NCBI GenBank assembly: GCA_018825305.1
Contig: JAHJEO010000003.1
Span: 53,931-117,930 of the forward strand
Direction: 5' to 3'
Length of the DNA stretch: 64,000 nt
Source of the DNA: Gammaproteobacteria bacterium
Lineage (GTDB): Bacteria; Pseudomonadota; Gammaproteobacteria; Burkholderiales; Rhodocyclaceae
Shown here: positions 31,732-42,531 of the stretch, one piece after another
Numbering within the stretch: position 1 is the stretch's first letter
How the letters are laid out: every line of letters starts with the position of its first letter
Position numbers and translations under genes: made by a program
Notes under the pieces: model-generated
Seen by the model: the letters and a program-made list of their open reading frames with translations, nothing else
Database searches by the model: none
What the model was told of the DNA's origin: nothing

Positions 31732-32835
31732 ATGTCCGGCAACAGCTTCGGCACGCTGTTTCGCGTTAGTTCCTTCGGCGAGTCGCATGGGCCTGCAATC
31801 GGTTGTGTGGTCGATGGCTGCCCGCCGGGATTGGAATTGTGTGAGGCCGACATCCAGGCCGAACTCGATCGGCGCAAGCCGGGCACCTCGCGTCATGTGA
31901 CGCAGCGGCGCGAATCAGACACGGTCGAGATTCTTTCCGGCGTGTTCGAGGGCAAGACCACGGGGACACCGATCGGCCTGCTGATTCGCAACGAGGACCA
32001 GCGCAGCAAGGATTACGGCGACATCGCCCAGAGCTTCCGCCCGGGCCATGCCGATTACACCTACTGGCAGAAATACGGCATCCGCGACTATCGGGGCGGC
32101 GGCCGCTCGTCGGCGCGCGAGACGGCGGTGCGCGTCGCTGCCGGTGCCATCGCCCGCAAGTGGCTGCAAAGCCGCTACGGCATCACCATCCGGGGCTGGA
32201 TGAGCCAGCTCGGCCCCATCGAGATTCCCTTCGTCGACGGCCATGCCATCGACCAGAATCCGTTCTTCGTTGCCAATGCGGGCATCGTGCCACAGCTCGA
32301 ACAGTACATGGACGAGCTGCGCAAGGCCGGCGATTCGGTCGGCGCCAAAATCACCGTGATGGCAGAGAACGCCCCGGTGGGCTGGGGCGAACCGGTCTAT
32401 GATCGGCTCGACGCCGAGATCGCCTACGCCATGATGGGCATCAACGCCGTCAAGGGCGTCGAGGTCGGCGCGGGCTTCGGCTGCGTGGCCCAGCGCGGCA
32501 GCGAGCACGGTGACGAACTGTTGCCCGAGGGTTTCGCCAGCAACCATGCCGGCGGCATTCTCGGCGGGATTTCCACCGGCCAGGACATCGTCGTCAATGT
32601 TGCCATCAAGCCGACGTCGAGCATCCGCTTGCCGCGCCGCTCGATCGATCTGCAGGGGCGGCCGACGGTCGTCGAGACCCATGGCCGTCACGATCCCTGT
32701 GTCGGCATCCGCGCCACCCCGATTGCCGAATCCATGCTGGCGCTGGTGCTGATCGATGCCGCGCTGCGCCATCGCGCGCAGTGCGCCGACGTCCATTGCC
32801 CGACGCCGAAGATACCGGGCCGACTGATAAAATAG
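31732..32835 (+). CDS. aroC: chorismate synthase
   Basis: [33 protein letters not shown]... is canonical AroC. Confidence 0.97.
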   Translation: MSGNSFGTLFRVSSFGESHGPAIGCVVDGCPPGLELCEADIQAELDRRKPGTSRHVTQRRESDTVEILSGVFEGKTTGTPIGLLIRNEDQRSKDYGDIAQSFRPGHADYTYWQKYGIRDYRGGGRSSARETAVRVAAGAIARKWLQSRYGITIRGWMSQLGPIEIPFVDGHAIDQNPFFVANAGIVPQLEQYMDELRKAGDSVGAKITVMAENAPVGWGEPVYDRLDAEIAYAMMGINAVKGVEVGAGFGCVAQRGSEHGDELLPEGFASNHAGGILGGISTGQDIVVNVAIKPTSSIRLPRRSIDLQGRPTVVETHGRHDPCVGIRATPIAESMLALVLIDAALRHRAQCADVHCPTPKIPGRLIK

Positions 32836-32873
32836 CCGCAAACGACCACACCCATTGCCGAAGGACCACTCCA

Positions 32874-33134
32874 ATGCAAGTCGATCACCACGATCTTCAA
32901 AATGAATTCCCCGAAATGCGCGATGCGATCGAGGTCCTGAAGGGATGTAATGCCCATTTCGCCCGCCTCTTCGCCACCTATCATCGCCTCACTGGCAAGG
33001 TCGAGGATCTCGAAGAGCACGACATGCCGGTTGCCGACTTCACCCTTGAAGACATGAAGAAGCAGCGCGTCAGGCTCAAGGACGAGATTTACCAGATACT
33101 GCTGGCTTTCCGCGCGGGGCAGCAGCACAAGTAA
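32874..33134 (+). CDS. DUF465 (YdcH-like) protein
   Basis: 86 aa. FPEMRDAIEVLKGCNAHFARLF...MKKQRVRLKDEIYQIL matches the YdcH pattern. Confidence 0.75.
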   Translation: MQVDHHDLQNEFPEMRDAIEVLKGCNAHFARLFATYHRLTGKVEDLEEHDMPVADFTLEDMKKQRVRLKDEIYQILLAFRAGQQHK

Positions 33135-33183
33135 TGCCCGCTCTTGGGGGGCACGTCTGACTGCCCCCTGGCCCCCGCCGCCG

Positions 33184-34347
33184 ATGCGCATCCCCCCGTA
33201 CTGGCGGCTTTCCGCCTGGTATTTTTTCTACTTCGCTTTCATCGGCGCCTTCGCGCCGTATTTCACGCTCTACCTGCAGTCGCTGGGCCAGACAGCCTTC
33301 GCCATCGGCGTCCTGATGTCGCTGATGCAGGTGATGCGCCTGCTTGCCCCCAACCTTTGGGGTTGGCTGGCCGACCGCCTCGGACACAAGGTGGCCATCA
33401 TCCGCTTGTCGGCGGCGCTGGCACTGGCGGGTTTCGCCACCTTCTTCTTCGCGCGAGAATTCACCGGCCTGTTCATCGGTATGGCGCTCATGGCCTTCTT
33501 CTGGAGTGCCTCCCTGCCGCTGGTCGAGGCACTGACGCTGGACCAGTTGAAGAGTGCACCGGATCGCTACGGCCGCATCCGGCTGTGGGGCTCGGTCGGC
33601 TTCATTGCAGCGGTCACCGGTTCCGGCGTGCTGCTGGATGCCGCCGGATTGCCTGCCTTGCTGTGGATTTGCAGCGCTCTGCTCGCCGGCATCCTCGGTA
33701 TCGCGCTGCTACTCGATGAGCCCCGTTCCGAAGCGCCGCCGGTTGTCCAGGTACCGCTGGGACCCGAACTGCGCCGCCCGGCCATGGTGGCATTTCTTCT
33801 GGCCTGTTTTTTCATGTCGGCGGCGCACGGGCCGTTCTACTTCTTCTATTCGATCCACCTCGTCGATGCCGGCTACGGCAAGACGCTGGTGGGCGCGCTC
33901 TGGTCGCTCGGCGTGGTGGCCGAGATCTTCGTCTTCATCTACATGCCGCGGTTGTTGCAGCATTTTTCGCTGCGCGCGATATTGCTCGCCAGTTTCGCCC
34001 TGGCGGTGCTGCGCTTCCTGCTGATCGGCTGGGCGGTCGAGTCGCTGCTGTTGCTGCTGCTGGCGCAACTCATGCACGGCGCCACCTTCGGCGCGTTTCA
34101 CGCCGGAAGCGTGGCGGTGCTCAATCGCTGGTTTCCGCCCCAGCAGCAGGCACGGGTGCAGGCGATCTATGGCAGTATTTCCTTCGGCGCCGGCGGCATG
34201 CTCGGTGGCCTGCTCGCCGGGCAGACGTGGGACAGTCTCGGCGCCGAACTGACCTTCACCATCGGTGCCGGTTTTGCGGCAATCGGCTGGATATTGTTGT
34301 GGCGCGGCATGCACGGACCGGCGGTGTCGGCCGTCACCGCGCCTTAG
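33184..34347 (+). CDS. MFS transporter (LacY/HcaT-like MFS_1_like type)
   Basis: 12-TM protein of 387 aa with N-terminus MRIPPYWRLSAWYFFYFAFIGAFAPYFTLYLQ. Confidence 0.8.
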   Translation: MRIPPYWRLSAWYFFYFAFIGAFAPYFTLYLQSLGQTAFAIGVLMSLMQVMRLLAPNLWGWLADRLGHKVAIIRLSAALALAGFATFFFAREFTGLFIGMALMAFFWSASLPLVEALTLDQLKSAPDRYGRIRLWGSVGFIAAVTGSGVLLDAAGLPALLWICSALLAGILGIALLLDEPRSEAPPVVQVPLGPELRRPAMVAFLLACFFMSAAHGPFYFFYSIHLVDAGYGKTLVGALWSLGVVAEIFVFIYMPRLLQHFSLRAILLASFALAVLRFLLIGWAVESLLLLLLAQLMHGATFGAFHAGSVAVLNRWFPPQQQARVQAIYGSISFGAGGMLGGLLAGQTWDSLGAELTFTIGAGFAAIGWILLWRGMHGPAVSAVTAP

Positions 34348-34357
34348 GAGAAGTGTG

Positions 34358-35125
34358 ATGATTCAAGTCTTGATCGCGAGCGTGGCTGCCCTGCTGCTTG
34401 CCGCCTGCCAGAACGTGCCGATCACCGGGCGCAGTCAGTTGCAGATGATTTCCGAGGGCGCCGAGGCCAGCCTCGGCCTCTCCGCCTACCAGGACGTATT
34501 GCAGAAGGAAAAGCTATCGCTTGACCCGAAGCTGAACGAAATGGTGACCCGAGTCGGCAGCCGTATCGCCGCGGCGACGGGGCGCAGCGACTACCAGTGG
34601 GAATTCAAGGTCATCGACAACGACAAGCTGGCCAATGCCTTCTGTCTGCCCGGTGGCAAGGTCGCGGTCTACACCGGCATCATGCCGGTGGCAAAGGATG
34701 AAGCGGGGCTGGCGGCGGTGATCGGCCACGAGGTGGCCCACGCCATCGCCCGCCACGGCGGCGAGCGCATGAGCCAGCAATTGCTGCTCGAGGGTGCGAC
34801 GCTGGCGGCAACGGTCAGCGCCAGGGACGAAAGCACCGGGCAGCTCTACGCCACGCTGCTCGGCGTTGGCGCGACCTTCGGCATCCTGCTGCCTTATTCG
34901 CGGCTGCACGAGTCCGAGGCTGATCGCATGGGCCTGATCTACATGGCCAAGGCCGGATACGATCCGCGTGCCGCACGCGACTTCTGGGCGCGCATGGCGG
35001 CGAACGACAAGAAGCAGGGCAAGCCGCCAGAGTGGTTGTCCACCCATCCGGCCGACGACAAGCGCATCCGCCAGATCGAGCAGTGGCTGCCAGAGGCCCT
35101 CTCGCACTATCGCCCTGTGCGATAA
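34358..35125 (+). CDS. M48-family peptidase lipoprotein (LoiP/YcaL-like)
   Basis: Lipobox LLAAC and the [10 protein letters not shown] zinc motif. Confidence 0.85.
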   Translation: MIQVLIASVAALLLAACQNVPITGRSQLQMISEGAEASLGLSAYQDVLQKEKLSLDPKLNEMVTRVGSRIAAATGRSDYQWEFKVIDNDKLANAFCLPGGKVAVYTGIMPVAKDEAGLAAVIGHEVAHAIARHGGERMSQQLLLEGATLAATVSARDESTGQLYATLLGVGATFGILLPYSRLHESEADRMGLIYMAKAGYDPRAARDFWARMAANDKKQGKPPEWLSTHPADDKRIRQIEQWLPEALSHYRPVR

Positions 35126-35177
35126 TCCGCCTCCCGCCACGGGCGGGGATTTGGCTGTTTTCCGCAGGATTCCATTG

Positions 35178-36584
35178 ATGCCTAAGACGCTTTACGACAA
35201 GCTTTGGGAGAACCATGTCGTCCGCAGCGAAGCGGACGGCACGGCGCTGCTCTACATCGATCGCCACCTGGTGCACGAAGTCACCAGCCCCCAGGCCTTC
35301 GAGGGTCTCAAGCTCGCCGGGCGCAAGCCGTGGCGGGTATCAAGCATCGTCGCCACCGCCGACCACAACACGCCCACCGACCACTGGGAGCGCGGCATCG
35401 AGGATCCCGTGTCGCGGCAGCAGGTCGAGACACTCGACGCCAACATCCGCGAGGTCGGTGCGCTGGCCTTCTTTCCGTTCAAGGACGCGCGCCAGGGCAT
35501 CGTCCATGTCATCGGCCCGGAGAACGGCGCGACGCTGCCCGGCATGACCGTGGTTTGCGGCGACTCGCACACCTCGACCCACGGCGCCTTCGCCTGCCTT
35601 GCACATGGCATCGGCACCTCGGAGGTCGAGCACGTGCTGGCGACGCAGTGCCTGTTGCAGAAGAAGATGAAGGCGATGCTGGTCCGCATCGACGGAAAAG
35701 TCGGCGCTGGCGTGACGGCGAAGGACATCGTGCTGGCGCTGATAGGCAAGATCGGCACCGCCGGCGGCACCGGCTACGCCATCGAGTTCGGCGGCGCAGC
35801 GATTCGCGCCCTGTCGATGGAAGGGCGCATGACGGTCTGCAACATGGCGATCGAGGCCGGCGCGCGCGTTGGCTTCGTCGCGGTCGACGACACCACGATC
35901 AGCTACCTCAGGGGCCGCCCCTTTGCGCCCGCCGGCGAGGTCTGGGACCGTGCCGTCACCCACTGGCGCACGCTGGTGTCCGACCCCGGCGCACATTTTG
36001 ACGCGGTGGTGGAACTCGATGCCGCGCAGATCCAGCCACAAGTCACCTGGGGTACTTCGCCCGAAATGGTCGCCGGCATCGGCGACGCCGTGCCGGCGCC
36101 CGAGGATTTCGCCGATCCGGTCAAGCGCGAGGGCGTCGCCCGCGCGTTGCAGTACATGGGCCTGACCCCGCGCACGCCCCTCGCTGAAATCAAGGTCGAC
36201 AAAGTCTTCATCGGTTCCTGCACCAACTCGCGCATCGAGGATCTGCGCGAGGCCGCTGCGGTGGCGAAGGGCCGGCGCAAGGCCGACAACGTGATGCAGG
36301 TGCTGGTGGTGCCGGGGTCAGGCCTGGTCAAGCGCCAGGCCGAAGCCGAAGGGCTGGACAAGGTGTTTGTCGCCGCCGGTTTCGAATGGCGGGAGCCCGG
36401 TTGCTCCATGTGCCTGGCGATGAACGCCGACCGCCTGGAACCGGGCGAGCGCTGCGCCTCGACTTCCAATCGAAATTTCGAAGGTCGCCAGGGCAACGGC
36501 GGCCGCACCCACCTGGTCAGTCCGGCAATGGCGGCAGCGGCTGCCATCGCCGGCCACTTCGCCGATGTTCGCGAAATCATTTAA
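35178..36584 (+). CDS. leuC: 3-isopropylmalate dehydratase large subunit
   Basis: [15 protein letters not shown]...[13 protein letters not shown]...[11 protein letters not shown]. Confidence 0.97.
   Translation: MPKTLYDKLWENHVVRSEADGTALLYIDRHLVHEVTSPQAFEGLKLAGRKPWRVSSIVATADHNTPTDHWERGIEDPVSRQQVETLDANIREVGALAFFPFKDARQGIVHVIGPENGATLPGMTVVCGDSHTSTHGAFACLAHGIGTSEVEHVLATQCLLQKKMKAMLVRIDGKVGAGVTAKDIVLALIGKIGTAGGTGYAIEFGGAAIRALSMEGRMTVCNMAIEAGARVGFVAVDDTTISYLRGRPFAPAGEVWDRAVTHWRTLVSDPGAHFDAVVELDAAQIQPQVTWGTSPEMVAGIGDAVPAPEDFADPVKREGVARALQYMGLTPRTPLAEIKVDKVFIGSCTNSRIEDLREAAAVAKGRRKADNVMQVLVVPGSGLVKRQAEAEGLDKVFVAAGFEWREPGCSMCLAMNADRLEPGERCASTSNRNFEGRQGNGGRTHLVSPAMAAAAAIAGHFADVREII
35696..35718 (+). 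repeat. 23-nt word, near-canonical copy
   Basis: AAAAGTCGGCGCTGGCGtgACGG inside leuC (sense; encodes GKVGAGVT). Confidence 0.85.
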
Positions 36585-36597
36585 GAGGAGTAAGGTC

Positions 36598-36723
36598 ATG
36601 TTCCGATTCGCATCTGCTGTCGTCGCCATCGCCGCCCTGTTGCTGGCCGGCTGCAATACCGTGCAGGGCGTGGGCAAGGACATCGAGAAGGGTGGCGAGG
36701 CCATCCAAAAAGCGGTCAAGTAA
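36598..36723 (+). CDS. entericidin A/B-family small lipoprotein (41 aa; not in ORF track)
   Basis: Hand translation gives MFRFASAVVAIAALLLAGCNTVQGVGKDIEKGGEAIQKAVK, with lipobox LAGC and the CNT.xGVGxDIxxGGxAI pattern of E. coli EcnA/EcnB. An AGGAG RBS precedes it and its stop abuts the leuD ATG (TAAATG). Confidence 0.75.
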   Translation: MFRFASAVVAIAALLLAGCNTVQGVGKDIEKGGEAIQKAVK

Positions 36724-37362
36724 ATGCGCGCGTTTACGCAGCTTGACGGACTGGTGGCGCCGCTGGATCGCGCCAACGTCGATACCGACGCCATCATTCC
36801 CAAGCAGTTCCTCAAGTCGATCAAGCGTTCGGGCTTCGGCCCCAACGCCTTCGACGAGTGGCGCTATCTCGACCGCGGCGAGCCGGGCATCGACAATTCG
36901 AAGCGCCCGCTCAACCCCGAGTTCGTGCTCAACCAGCCGCGTTACCAGGGTGCCGCGGTGCTGCTGACGCGCGACAACTTCGGCTGCGGCTCATCGCGCG
37001 AACACGCGCCGTGGGCACTCGAAGACTACGGCTTCCGCGCCATCGTCGGCACCAGCTTCGCCGACATCTTCTTCAATAACAGCTTCAAGAACGGCCTGCT
37101 GCCGATCCGGTTGCCTGCGGCCGAGGTTGATGAACTCTTCGCCCAGGTCGCGGCGACGCCCGGCTACCGCCTGCGCATCGACCTAGCGGCGCAGACCGTG
37201 ACCCGGCCGGACGGCAAGGTGCTGTCCTTCGACGTCGATGCCTTCCGCAAGGAATGCCTGCTCCATGGCTGGGACGACATCGGCCTGACGCTGCGACACG
37301 CCGACACCATCCGCGAGTTCGAAGCCAGGCGCCGTATCGAGCAGCCCTGGCTGTTCTCCTGA
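36724..37362 (+). CDS. leuD: 3-isopropylmalate dehydratase small subunit
   Basis: 212-aa canonical LeuD ([15 protein letters not shown]). Confidence 0.97.
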   Translation: MRAFTQLDGLVAPLDRANVDTDAIIPKQFLKSIKRSGFGPNAFDEWRYLDRGEPGIDNSKRPLNPEFVLNQPRYQGAAVLLTRDNFGCGSSREHAPWALEDYGFRAIVGTSFADIFFNNSFKNGLLPIRLPAAEVDELFAQVAATPGYRLRIDLAAQTVTRPDGKVLSFDVDAFRKECLLHGWDDIGLTLRHADTIREFEARRRIEQPWLFS

Positions 37363-37376
37363 TTGCGAGACACGAT

Positions 37377-38441
37377 ATGAAAATCTGCGTATTGCCGGGT
37401 GACGGCATCGGCCCCGAAATCACCGCCGAGGCGGTGCGGGTTCTCAAGGCACTTGATCTGAAATTCGAGATGGAAGAGGCGCTTCTCGGTGGCTGTGCCG
37501 TCGATGCCGCCGGCGATCCCTATCCCGAGGCGACGCAGAAGCTGGCGCTGGCGGCCGATGCGGTGTTGCTCGGCGCCGTTGGCGGCCCGCAGTGGGACAG
37601 CAATCCGCGCGAACTGAGGCCGGAGCGCGGCCTGCTCGGCATCCGCAAGCAGCTCGGCCTCTTCGCCAACCTGCGCCCGGCGATCCTCTACCCCGAGCTC
37701 GCCAACGCCTCGACGCTAAAGCCCGAGGTGGTGGCGGGGCTGGACATCCTGATCGTGCGCGAGCTGACCGGCGACATCTACTTCGGCCAGCCGCGCGGCA
37801 TCGAGATGCGCGACGTCGACGGCAAGCACCAGCGCTTCGGCTTCAACACCATGCACTACACCGAGAGCGAGATCCGCCGCATCGTCCGCGTCGCCTTCGA
37901 CGCGGCGACGAAGCGCAACAAGCGCGTCTGTTCGGTCGACAAGATGAACGTGCTCGAGTGCACCCAGCTCTGGCGCGACGTGGCGACCGAAGTCGCCGAG
38001 GAGTATCCGGATGTCGAACTCAGCCACATGCTGGTCGACAATGCCGCGATGCAGCTGGTGAAGAACCCCAAGCAGTTCGATGTCATGGTCACCGGCAACA
38101 TGTTCGGCGACATCCTCTCCGACGAGGCGTCAATGCTGACCGGCTCCATCGGCATGCTGCCCTCGGCCTCGCTCGACGAAAACAACAAGGGCCTCTACGA
38201 GCCTTCGCACGGCTCGGCGCCTGACATCGCCGGCAAGGGTGTGGCCAATCCGCTGGCGACGATTCTTTCGGCGGCGATGATGCTACGCTATACCTTCAAT
38301 CAGGAGGCGGCGGCGCAGCGCATCGAGGGTGCGGTTAAGAAGGTTTTGGCACAGGGTCTGCGTACCGGCGACATCTACGAGCCGGGCACGCAGAAGGTGG
38401 GCACGAAGCAGATGGGCGACGCCGTGCTGGCGGCGCTGTGA
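37377..38441 (+). CDS. leuB: 3-isopropylmalate dehydrogenase
   Basis: [15 protein letters not shown]...[26 protein letters not shown]. Confidence 0.97.
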   Translation: MKICVLPGDGIGPEITAEAVRVLKALDLKFEMEEALLGGCAVDAAGDPYPEATQKLALAADAVLLGAVGGPQWDSNPRELRPERGLLGIRKQLGLFANLRPAILYPELANASTLKPEVVAGLDILIVRELTGDIYFGQPRGIEMRDVDGKHQRFGFNTMHYTESEIRRIVRVAFDAATKRNKRVCSVDKMNVLECTQLWRDVATEVAEEYPDVELSHMLVDNAAMQLVKNPKQFDVMVTGNMFGDILSDEASMLTGSIGMLPSASLDENNKGLYEPSHGSAPDIAGKGVANPLATILSAAMMLRYTFNQEAAAQRIEGAVKKVLAQGLRTGDIYEPGTQKVGTKQMGDAVLAAL

Positions 38442-38466
38442 GATTCAATATCAAGGGCAGGGCATC

Positions 38467-39588
38467 ATGAAGAAAGTAGGTTTGGTCGGATGGCGCGGCA
38501 TGGTCGGCTCGGTACTTATGCAGCGCATGCGCGAGGAAGGCGATTTCAAACTGATCGAGCCGGTGTTCTTCACCACCTCGAACGTCGGCGGCAAGGGGCC
38601 GGCCGAAGCTGGCGACACGCCGCTGCAGGATGCGATGAGCATCGATGCATTGCGGCAGCTCGACATCATCATCACCTGCCAGGGCGGGGACTACACCAAG
38701 GAGGTGTTTCCCAAGTTGCGCGCCATTAACTGGCAGGGCTACTGGATCGACGCGGCGTCGTCATTGCGTATGGCCGACGATGCCATCATCATTCTCGACC
38801 CGGTTAACCTCGACGTCATCAAGACCGGCCTGAGCAAAGGCGTGAAAAACTATATCGGCGGCAATTGCACGGTGTCGCTGATGCTGATGGGACTCGGCGG
38901 CCTGTTTCGCAGCGACCTGGTCGAGTGGGTCTCGGCCATGACCTATCAGGCGGCCTCGGGCGCCGGCGCGCAGAACATGCGCGAGCTGATCGGCCAGATG
39001 GGGGTGCTGCACGATGCCGTCAAGGACCAGCTCGCCGATCCGGCGTCGGCAATCCTCGACATCGACCGCAAGGTAGCCGAGACCATGCGCGCGGCCTCGT
39101 TCCCGACCAAGAACTTCCGTGGTACGCCGCTGGCAGGCAGCCTGATCCCGTGGATCGACGTGCCGGTCGAGGGTGGCCAGTCGAAGGAAGAGTGGAAGGG
39201 CGGTGCCGAGTGCAACAAGATCCTCGGCAAGCCGGCATTCCGTTCGCCTGGCAGCATTCCCATTGATGGTCTCTGCGTGCGTGTCGGCGCCATGCGCTGC
39301 CATTCGCAGGGTCTGACCATCAAGCTGAAGAAGGATGTGCCGCTCGACGAGGTCAGCGACATCCTGGCCAAAGCCAACGACTGGGTGAAGGTGGTACCCA
39401 ACGAGCGCGAGATTTCCGAGCGCGAACTGACCCCCGCAGCCGTCACCGGCACGCTGACCGTGCCGGTCGGCCGATTGCACAAGCTGGCGATGGGTTCGGA
39501 GTATCTCGGCGCCTTCACCTGCGGCGATCAGTTGTTGTGGGGTGCCGCCGAACCGTTGCGCCGCATGTTGCGCATCCTGTTGGATTGA
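38467..39588 (+). CDS. asd: aspartate-semialdehyde dehydrogenase
   Basis: [21 protein letters not shown]...[11 protein letters not shown]. Confidence 0.97.
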   Translation: MKKVGLVGWRGMVGSVLMQRMREEGDFKLIEPVFFTTSNVGGKGPAEAGDTPLQDAMSIDALRQLDIIITCQGGDYTKEVFPKLRAINWQGYWIDAASSLRMADDAIIILDPVNLDVIKTGLSKGVKNYIGGNCTVSLMLMGLGGLFRSDLVEWVSAMTYQAASGAGAQNMRELIGQMGVLHDAVKDQLADPASAILDIDRKVAETMRAASFPTKNFRGTPLAGSLIPWIDVPVEGGQSKEEWKGGAECNKILGKPAFRSPGSIPIDGLCVRVGAMRCHSQGLTIKLKKDVPLDEVSDILAKANDWVKVVPNEREISERELTPAAVTGTLTVPVGRLHKLAMGSEYLGAFTCGDQLLWGAAEPLRRMLRILLD

Positions 39589-39710
39589 TGTTGTGCAAAA
39601 TGGACGGCCTGTAGCTGAGGCAACGGTTGAGCTTGCATCGCTATGTCTATGATGTTATTTTGATTGCTGGAAAAAGTGCCCCACGGGGAGGCGCCGTGCA
39701 AAAACGACAA

Positions 39711-42479
39711 ATGCGAATCACTCTGAAAACCACCGCACTTGCTGTGGCCTTGGCCGCCTTACCTATTGCCGCAAGCGCGGCGGGGCTGGGCAAGCTGACC
39801 GTGCTGTCGGCGCTGGGCCAGCCACTCAAGGTGGAGGTCGATATATCGGCCAGCCGCGACGAGATCGGAACGCTCTCTGCCAGGGTGGCGCCAGCCGCGG
39901 CCTTCAAGCAACAGGGGATCGACTATGTCGCGGCGCTGTCCGGCGTGCGCATGGCCGTCGCCAAGCGGCCGAACGGTCAGCCCTACATCCGTATCACCAG
40001 CGAGCGCTCTCTCAACGAACCCTTCCTTGATTTGTTGGTCGAGCTGTCGTGGGGTTCCGGGCGCCTGATGCGCGAATACACCTTCCTGCTTGATCCGCCA
40101 GTCGAGGTTTCGCAAAAGGCGATGGCCACGCCGGTGGCTCCACCGGAAACCCGCGCCGAGGGCCGGCCGGTCGCCAGCGAAGCGGCAAAGCCGATGCCGG
40201 CGATGGTCGACGTCAGGCCGGATGCAACTGCCGAAGCCAAACCCAAGACCGCCGCCAAGCCGGCGGAGAAGGCAGCCGACAGCCGCGAGGTCAAGCGGGG
40301 CGACACGCTCGGCCGCATCGCCGCAGAACTCAAACCCGCGGGCGTCAATCTCGATCAGATGCTGGTGGCATTGCTTCGCGGCAACAAGGATGCCTTCGAC
40401 GGCGACAACATGAACCGCTTGCGCGCCGGCAAGATTCTCAAGGTGCCGGAGCCGGAACAGATCGCCGCGGTCGATGTCGCCGAGGCGCGCAAGACCGTTG
40501 TTGCCCAGGCATCCGATTTCAATGCCTATCGCCGCAAGCTCGCCGAGGCGGTTGCCGTCGCGCCGGCGGTTGAAGAGGCGCCGAAGCAGGCTGCCGTTGG
40601 CAAGATAACGCCGAAGGTGGAAGACAAGGTTCCGGCTGCGCCTGCGGGCAAGGACAAACTCGAAGTTTCCCGCACCGAGTCGGCGAAGGATGCCAAGAGC
40701 GGCAAGATGCAGGGCCGCGTCACCGCGCTGGAAGAGGATCTGGTCGCGCGCGATCGTGCCCTCAAGGAAGCCAACAGCCGGGTCGCCGATCTCGAGAAAA
40801 ACGTCGCCGAGCTGAAGAAGCTTGCCGAACTCAAGAGCCAGGGCGCTGCACAACTGCAGCAGCAGGCGCAGAAGCCTGCCGAGGCCAAGAAACCCGAACC
40901 GGTCGCGCCCCCGAAAGTGGTGGAAGCGCCCAAACTGGTTGAGCCTCCCAAGACCGTCGAACCGCCGAAGATGGTGGAGGCTGCCAAGCCGGCAGATGTC
41001 GCCAAGCCGGTCGAAGCCAAGCCGGCGGAAGCCGCCAAGCCCGTTGCGCCACCGAAGAAGAAATTCGTGCCGCCGCCGCCTCCACCCGAGCCGAGTTTCA
41101 TGGAAGAGAACGGCCCGCTGGTTTTGGGTGGGGGTGGGGTAGTCGCCCTGCTGCTGGGCTATCTCGGTTTTGCTGCCATTCGCAAGAAGCGCCAGGCAAA
41201 GTCGTCCGAGGAGCCGATGAGTGCGCTCAGCGGCACCGATCTTTCGGCCAACTCGGTATTCGGCACCACCGGGGGCCAAAGCGTCGATACCGGTGCAGCC
41301 TTGCATACCGATTTCGGCCAGGGGCCGAGCGGTGCGGAAGAGGGCGTCGATCCGGTCGCCGAGGCCGATGTTTATATGGCCTATGGCCGCGATGCCCAAG
41401 CCGAGGAAATCCTCATCGAGGCGCTAAAGACCGAGCCGACCCGCCTTGCTATTCACCTGAAGCTGCTCGAAATCTACTCGGCGCGCCATGCCGAGAGGCC
41501 GTTTGAAACCCTGGCGACAGACCTCAAGGGTCTTACGGGCGGCAGCGGGCCGGATTGGGAAAAGGCAGCCGCCATGGGGCGTGCGCTGGAGCCGAACAAT
41601 CCGCTCTATAGCGCCGAATCTGTTGCGCCTGAATCTGGCCCGGTTGCTGCGGCCCCGGCGTCCACGCCCGTGAGCCATGCCGCCTCGACGGTGATCCTGA
41701 CACCCGACCAGCCCGAGAAGATGCAGGCGACGGTGACGATGCCCGGCCAGCTGGCGAACATGGCGGCGGCGGCTGAGGCCAATCCGCCGGTCGAAGAATC
41801 GACGTCGCTCGACTTTGACCTCGACCTTGGCGGCCCTGCCGAAACCCCGCCACCGGCGGCAAGCGAGACCGCCAAGCCCCCACCGGCCGAATCAGCGGGG
41901 ATGGATTTCGATCTTGATCTTGGTGCCCCCGCGGCTTCGGATTCGCCAGCGGAACCGGCCGCGGCTCTTGATCTCGATCTGGACGCTGCTGCCGTTGCGC
42001 CGGTTGCGGACCTTGGCATAGACTTTTCGCTCGATGACAGCCCGACAGATGCGCCGGCAACACCGGCAACCACCACGGCACCTGTCGCGGCGGCGCCGGC
42101 AGATTCCAGTGGGCTAGATTTCGACTTCGATATCGGTGCGCCGGCCGGCGATGAGCCCGCTGCGCCGGTTGCCGAGGAAGCGGTGGCCACACCGGCTGCG
42201 GATGATTTCGCCGCTTCAGCCGTGTCCGCGGCAGCGGCACCGCAAGCACCGCCGCTGGATCTTGGAGACATCAGCCTCGATCTTGGTGAACCGGAGACAG
42301 CTGCGGCTGAAGTTTCCGCGGAAGACAATCCCGAGGTGGCAACGAAGCTGGAACTGGCTCTGGCCTATGAGGAAATGGGCGACAAGGACGGCGCGCGCGA
42401 ACTGCTGCAGGAAGTCCTCACCGAAGGCAGCGCGGGGCAGCAGGAAGCCGCCCGTGCCAGGCTGGAACAGCTAGCCTAG
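39711..42479 (+). CDS. fimV: FimV-like peptidoglycan-binding type IV pilus assembly/polar hub protein
   Basis: Signal peptide, FimV N-domain and LysM (VKRGDTLGRIAAEL...GKILKVP). These are followed by a coiled coil, a Pro/Lys-rich linker, one TM segment, an acidic tail with about 6 DFDLDLG-type repeats, and a C-terminal FimV TPR motif (KLELALAYEEMGDKDGARELLQEV). The start (ATG 39711) is approximate. Confidence 0.85.
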   Translation: MRITLKTTALAVALAALPIAASAAGLGKLTVLSALGQPLKVEVDISASRDEIGTLSARVAPAAAFKQQGIDYVAALSGVRMAVAKRPNGQPYIRITSERSLNEPFLDLLVELSWGSGRLMREYTFLLDPPVEVSQKAMATPVAPPETRAEGRPVASEAAKPMPAMVDVRPDATAEAKPKTAAKPAEKAADSREVKRGDTLGRIAAELKPAGVNLDQMLVALLRGNKDAFDGDNMNRLRAGKILKVPEPEQIAAVDVAEARKTVVAQASDFNAYRRKLAEAVAVAPAVEEAPKQAAVGKITPKVEDKVPAAPAGKDKLEVSRTESAKDAKSGKMQGRVTALEEDLVARDRALKEANSRVADLEKNVAELKKLAELKSQGAAQLQQQAQKPAEAKKPEPVAPPKVVEAPKLVEPPKTVEPPKMVEAAKPADVAKPVEAKPAEAAKPVAPPKKKFVPPPPPPEPSFMEENGPLVLGGGGVVALLLGYLGFAAIRKKRQAKSSEEPMSALSGTDLSANSVFGTTGGQSVDTGAALHTDFGQGPSGAEEGVDPVAEADVYMAYGRDAQAEEILIEALKTEPTRLAIHLKLLEIYSARHAERPFETLATDLKGLTGGSGPDWEKAAAMGRALEPNNPLYSAESVAPESGPVAAAPASTPVSHAASTVILTPDQPEKMQATVTMPGQLANMAAAAEANPPVEESTSLDFDLDLGGPAETPPPAASETAKPPPAESAGMDFDLDLGAPAASDSPAEPAAALDLDLDAAAVAPVADLGIDFSLDDSPTDAPATPATTTAPVAAAPADSSGLDFDFDIGAPAGDEPAAPVAEEAVATPAADDFAASAVSAAAAPQAPPLDLGDISLDLGEPETAAAEVSAEDNPEVATKLELALAYEEMGDKDGARELLQEVLTEGSAGQQEAARARLEQLA

Positions 42480-42485
42480 GCATGA

Positions 42486-42518
42486 CCGGGCGCAGGGCCG
42501 CCTCAGCCCTGCGCCCGG
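42486..42518 (+). terminator. GC-rich hairpin after fimV
   Basis: 13-bp perfect stem CCGGGCGCAGGGC / GCCCTGCGCCCGG with a 7-nt loop and a weak T-tract (TGGTGTTGTT). Confidence 0.55.
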
Positions 42519-42531
42519 TGGTGTTGTTCCG

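Noticed and set aside
35131-35160. Hairpin CCCGCC-acg-GGCGGG plus TTTGGCTGTTTT just upstream of leuC, considered as a leucine attenuator
   Set aside because: There is no leader peptide ORF with Leu codons, and the spacer is only about 50 nt. It is most simply the terminator of the upstream M48 lipoprotein gene.
39633-39660. dif-like sequence TTGCATCGCTA-TGTCTA-TGATGTTATTT in the asd-fimV spacer, examined because the 23-nt word flips orientation nearby
   Set aside because: Only the putative XerD arm (8/11) and the central region (5/6) resemble the E. coli dif consensus. The XerC arm matches about 2/11. It is more likely just AT-rich fimV promoter DNA.
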